IMG/VR virus record: IMGVR_UViG_3300036770_004227 | Span: 1-60,605 of that record | Direction: 5' to 3' (one strand) | From: a virus | Lineage: Duplodnaviria > Caudoviricetes | DNA length: 60,605 nt | In this document: positions 57,933-60,605 of the stretch, in pieces | Position numbering within the stretch: position 1 is the first letter of the stretch | How the letters are laid out: each line of letters begins with the position of its first letter | Position numbers and translations under genes: made by a program | The notes under the pieces: model-generated | Told to the model about the DNA's origin: nothing | Databases searched by the model: none | Seen by the model: only the letters and a program-made list of their open reading frames with translations

Positions 57933-59651
57933 ATGACCTGGAAAAAATATTTTCGTGTTGCTAATTTATCTGGATCTGTTAGTCCGATAAATGGATCTAC
58001 TGGCAACCATTTTACATATAGAAATTATCAAAGTAATTTACCTGAAGTTTATATAGGCCATCCAAATCGTGTTGAACGTTACAATCAATATGAACAAATG
58101 GATCAAGACAGTGAAGTTAATGCCGCCCTTGATATATTAAGTGAGTTCAGTACACAAATAAATGAAGAAAACGGTACTGCTTTTAAGTTTGTATGGAAAG
58201 AAAAACCAACCGACAACGAAATAAATATAATCAAAGAACAACTAAATCAATGGGTTAGTTTGAATGAACTTAACAAACGTATATTTAAAATATTTAGAAA
58301 CACCATAAAGTATGGTGATCAGGTCTTTATTCGTGATCCAGAAACATTCAAGTTATTCTGGGTAGAGATGAGTAAGGTTGTCAAAGTTATCGTAAACGAA
58401 GCCGAAGGCAAAAAACCAGAACAATACATCGTCAAAGAACTTGCGCCTAACTTTGAAAACTTGACCGCCACTGCGTTAAACAGCAGTGATGTAAGTGTCA
58501 ATCATCCACAAGTAGGTGGACCAAATGGAGCCTACATACAGCCAAAAACACCATACAGCGGTGGTTCAAGATTCAGCAAAGCACAGAATGAACAGGCAAT
58601 TAATGCTGAACATATAGTTCATTTGAGTTTGACTGAAGGTCTTGATTTCAGTTGGCCATTCGGTAACAGTGTACTTGAAAATGTCTTCAAAGTATTCAAA
58701 CAAAAGGAATTACTAGAGGATGCTATCATCATTTATCGTGTGCAACGTGCACCAGAACGTAGAATTTTCTACATAGATGTTGGTAACATGCCTAGTCATA
58801 TGGCTATGGCTTTCGTTGAGCGAGTCAAAAACGAAGTACATCAACGTAGAATTCCAACACAGGCAGGTGGTGGTCAGAATATGATGGATGCTACCTATAA
58901 TCCATTGTCAACCAATGAAGACTATTTCTTCCCTCAAACGGCTGATGGCAGAGGAAGTAAAGTTGATACCCTGGCAGGTGGTTCAAATCTAGGTGAAATA
59001 ACTGACTTGCATTTCTTTACTAATAAGTTGTTTAGAGGTTTGAGAATTCCTGCTAGTTATTTACCTACTGGATTAGATGACGGCACAAGTAATCCGAATA
59101 CTTTCAGTGACGGCAGAGTAGGTACAGCACTAATACAGGAATGGCGTTTCAATCAGTATTGTATCAGATTACAGAGATCCGTTGCTGAAAAATTAGATCA
59201 AGAATTTAAGATGTTTATGCGTTGGCGCGGCATAAACATAGATGGTGGATTATTTGAACTTCAATTTAATGAACCACAAAACTTTGCTAGTTATCGTCAA
59301 GCGGAAGTTGACAGTGCTCGTATAACAAGTTTCACACAATTAGAGGCATATCCTTATTTGAGTAAGAGGTTTTTGTTATCTAGATTCTTGGGTCTTACAG
59401 AAGAAGAGATGTCTGAAAATGAAATGTTGTGGACTCAAGAACAGGGTGATGCACAAACATCTAAACCAGATCAGGTTGGATTGCGTAGTGTAGGTATTAG
59501 TCCAGGTGGGTTAGACATGGGTATTGAAGCAGCGGATGCAGCAGCATTGCCACCTGGTGGTGAAGCAGGTGCACTGGGCGCAGAGATGCCAGCAACACCG
59601 GCTCCAGGTCCTATTACAGCATCTCCGGCTGGCGCTGGTCCAGCATTATAA
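57933..59651 (+). CDS. gp20: Portal vertex protein (gp20-like)
   Basis: LLEDA..IYR..RAPERRIFYIDVGNMP, EDYFFP....GRG..V.TL.GG.NLGEI.D..F..KL..GL.IP. Confidence 0.95.
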   Translation: MTWKKYFRVANLSGSVSPINGSTGNHFTYRNYQSNLPEVYIGHPNRVERYNQYEQMDQDSEVNAALDILSEFSTQINEENGTAFKFVWKEKPTDNEINIIKEQLNQWVSLNELNKRIFKIFRNTIKYGDQVFIRDPETFKLFWVEMSKVVKVIVNEAEGKKPEQYIVKELAPNFENLTATALNSSDVSVNHPQVGGPNGAYIQPKTPYSGGSRFSKAQNEQAINAEHIVHLSLTEGLDFSWPFGNSVLENVFKVFKQKELLEDAIIIYRVQRAPERRIFYIDVGNMPSHMAMAFVERVKNEVHQRRIPTQAGGGQNMMDATYNPLSTNEDYFFPQTADGRGSKVDTLAGGSNLGEITDLHFFTNKLFRGLRIPASYLPTGLDDGTSNPNTFSDGRVGTALIQEWRFNQYCIRLQRSVAEKLDQEFKMFMRWRGINIDGGLFELQFNEPQNFASYRQAEVDSARITSFTQLEAYPYLSKRFLLSRFLGLTEEEMSENEMLWTQEQGDAQTSKPDQVGLRSVGISPGGLDMGIEAADAAALPPGGEAGALGAEMPATPAPGPITASPAGAGPAL

Positions 59652-59664
59652 GATAAATAAAATC

Positions 59665-59895
59665 ATGAACTTGATGGAATTATTAGAACCAACACCTAGT
59701 GGCTATAGAACCGAAAAAGAGGATAATACCTCTATAAAGTTATCTGATACTAGAAAACTTCGTTTATCATTGGATCGTCTTAATAAATTAAGAAAAATGA
59801 ATGATACACGAAAACTTGAACATGAACTAAAACTAGAAAAATTATCTAAGCAATATAAACCAGCCGCTGCTCCTGGTGGTCTGCCTGGATTATAA
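59665..59895 (+). CDS. Small basic protein downstream of the portal
   Basis: ATG 59665 just after TAAATA (59654-59659); DTRK.RL.L..LNKLRKM motif. Confidence 0.7.
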   Translation: MNLMELLEPTPSGYRTEKEDNTSIKLSDTRKLRLSLDRLNKLRKMNDTRKLEHELKLEKLSKQYKPAAAPGGLPGL

Positions 59896-59916
59896 ATTAT
59901 ATACACATAAATCATC

Positions 59917-59945
59917 AAAAAGTGCTCATTATGAGCACTTTTTTT
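59917..59945. terminator. Rho-independent terminator (bidirectional form)
   Basis: AAAAAGTGCTCA-TTA-TGAGCACTTTTTTT. Confidence 0.85.
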
Positions 59946-59999
59946 ATTATTGTCTTAAATAATTATACTTAATTAGATATTTTTATAAAGGAATAAAAA

Positions 60000-60605
60000 A
60001 TGTCAAAATACGAAAAATTAATTGAATATATCGTTAATGAACAAGACGAGAAAGCACGTGAACTTTTCCACCAATTAGTTGTTGAACGTTCACGCCAGAT
60101 TTATGAGTCATTAATTGACGAAGAAGATCTTGCTGAAATTGGCGGCGATGAAGTAGAAGACTTAGTTGACGAAATTTCAACTGATGAAGAAGGCATGTTG
60201 GAAGCAGAAGACGAGGATGAAGATGCTGAAATGGACATGGATGATGCCGAAGATGACATGGACGACGCTGAAATGGACATGGATGATGCCGAAGATGACA
60301 TGGACGACGCTGAAATGGACATGGATGACCATCATGCTGACATGGGTGGCAACGAAGAATTAGAAGATCGTATCATGGATCTAGAAGATTCTTTGGATGA
60401 ACTTAAGCGTGAATTCGAAGAATTAATGGGTCAAGGCGATGACGACATGGGCGGTGACATGGACATGGACATGGATGCAGACGCTGACATGGGCGGTGAC
60501 ATGGACATGGATGCAGACGCTGACATGGGTGATGATGAAATGAATCCAATGCCAGAAGAAATGCAAATGTACGAAGCCAAGAAAGTCAAAAAAGAAGAAA
60601 TGCTT
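60000..60605 (+). CDS. Highly acidic prohead core/scaffold-type protein (truncated by the window end)
   Basis: AAGGA SD, ATG 60000, TAAATA at 59956-59961; MSKYEKLIEYIVNE..KARELFH..VVE.SR.IYE then Asp/Glu/Met-rich; open to the window end; follows the portal like T4 gp67/gp68. Confidence 0.75.
   Translation, partial: MSKYEKLIEYIVNEQDEKARELFHQLVVERSRQIYESLIDEEDLAEIGGDEVEDLVDEISTDEEGMLEAEDEDEDAEMDMDDAEDDMDDAEMDMDDAEDDMDDAEMDMDDHHADMGGNEELEDRIMDLEDSLDELKREFEELMGQGDDDMGGDMDMDMDADADMGGDMDMDADADMGDDEMNPMPEEMQMYEAKKVKKEEML
60225..60328 (+). repeat. 42-bp coding tandem repeat, ~2.5 copies (AEMDMDDAEDDMDD)
   Basis: GCTGAAATGGACATGGATGATGCCGAAGATGACATGGACGAC repeated; a second GACATGGGCGGT... repeat lies at ~60444-60529. 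Confidence 0.9.

Noticed and set aside
60101-60363. ORF-track entries 60101..60322 (-) and 60166..60363 (+)
   Set aside because: Shadow frames of the repeat-rich real gene starting at 60000.
1-60605. Stop-codon reassignment, as seen in some jumbo phages
   Set aside because: Core genes are full length in the standard code, and TAA, TGA and TAG all end genes at sensible boundaries.

Overview
This 60.6-kb window is an AT-rich segment of a large T4-related (jumbo-type) myovirus genome in the standard genetic code, probably infecting a Gram-negative host. Left to right it contains: putative head-packaged multi-module proteins and a Dps ferritin; a free-standing GIY-YIG/NUMOD3 homing endonuclease; a replication block (DsbA-like, family-B DNA polymerase, clamp-like protein, TET-associated-type glycosyltransferase, RNase H); a lipoprotein/membrane trio; a MoxR-type AAA+ and VWA/HExxH pair; nucleotide metabolism (DHFR, ThyA, dCMP deaminase); a 26.5-kb minus-strand baseplate/tail block including a 4598-aa protein; a gp55-like late sigma factor, gp47/gp46, hub chaperones, a tape-measure-like gene, portal and the start of an acidic prohead core protein. 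Sigma70-type promoters precede replication genes and TAAATA late promoters precede structural genes. The most unusual signals are: (1) a ~580-nt pseudoknotted non-coding RNA candidate directly behind a minimal GIY-YIG nuclease; (2) a small structured element with two segments complementary to the 23S rRNA H69-H71 junction; (3) a predicted -1 frameshift fusing the gp26-like and gp51-like genes; (4) a probable AUU start for the late sigma factor; (5) a methyltransferase bracketed by a 68-bp duplication of the sigma gene 3' end; (6) a promoter-in-hairpin switch on dCMP deaminase; (7) a glycosyltransferase next to what looks like a decayed QueD-like gene. All family assignments come from motif recognition by eye, not database searches.
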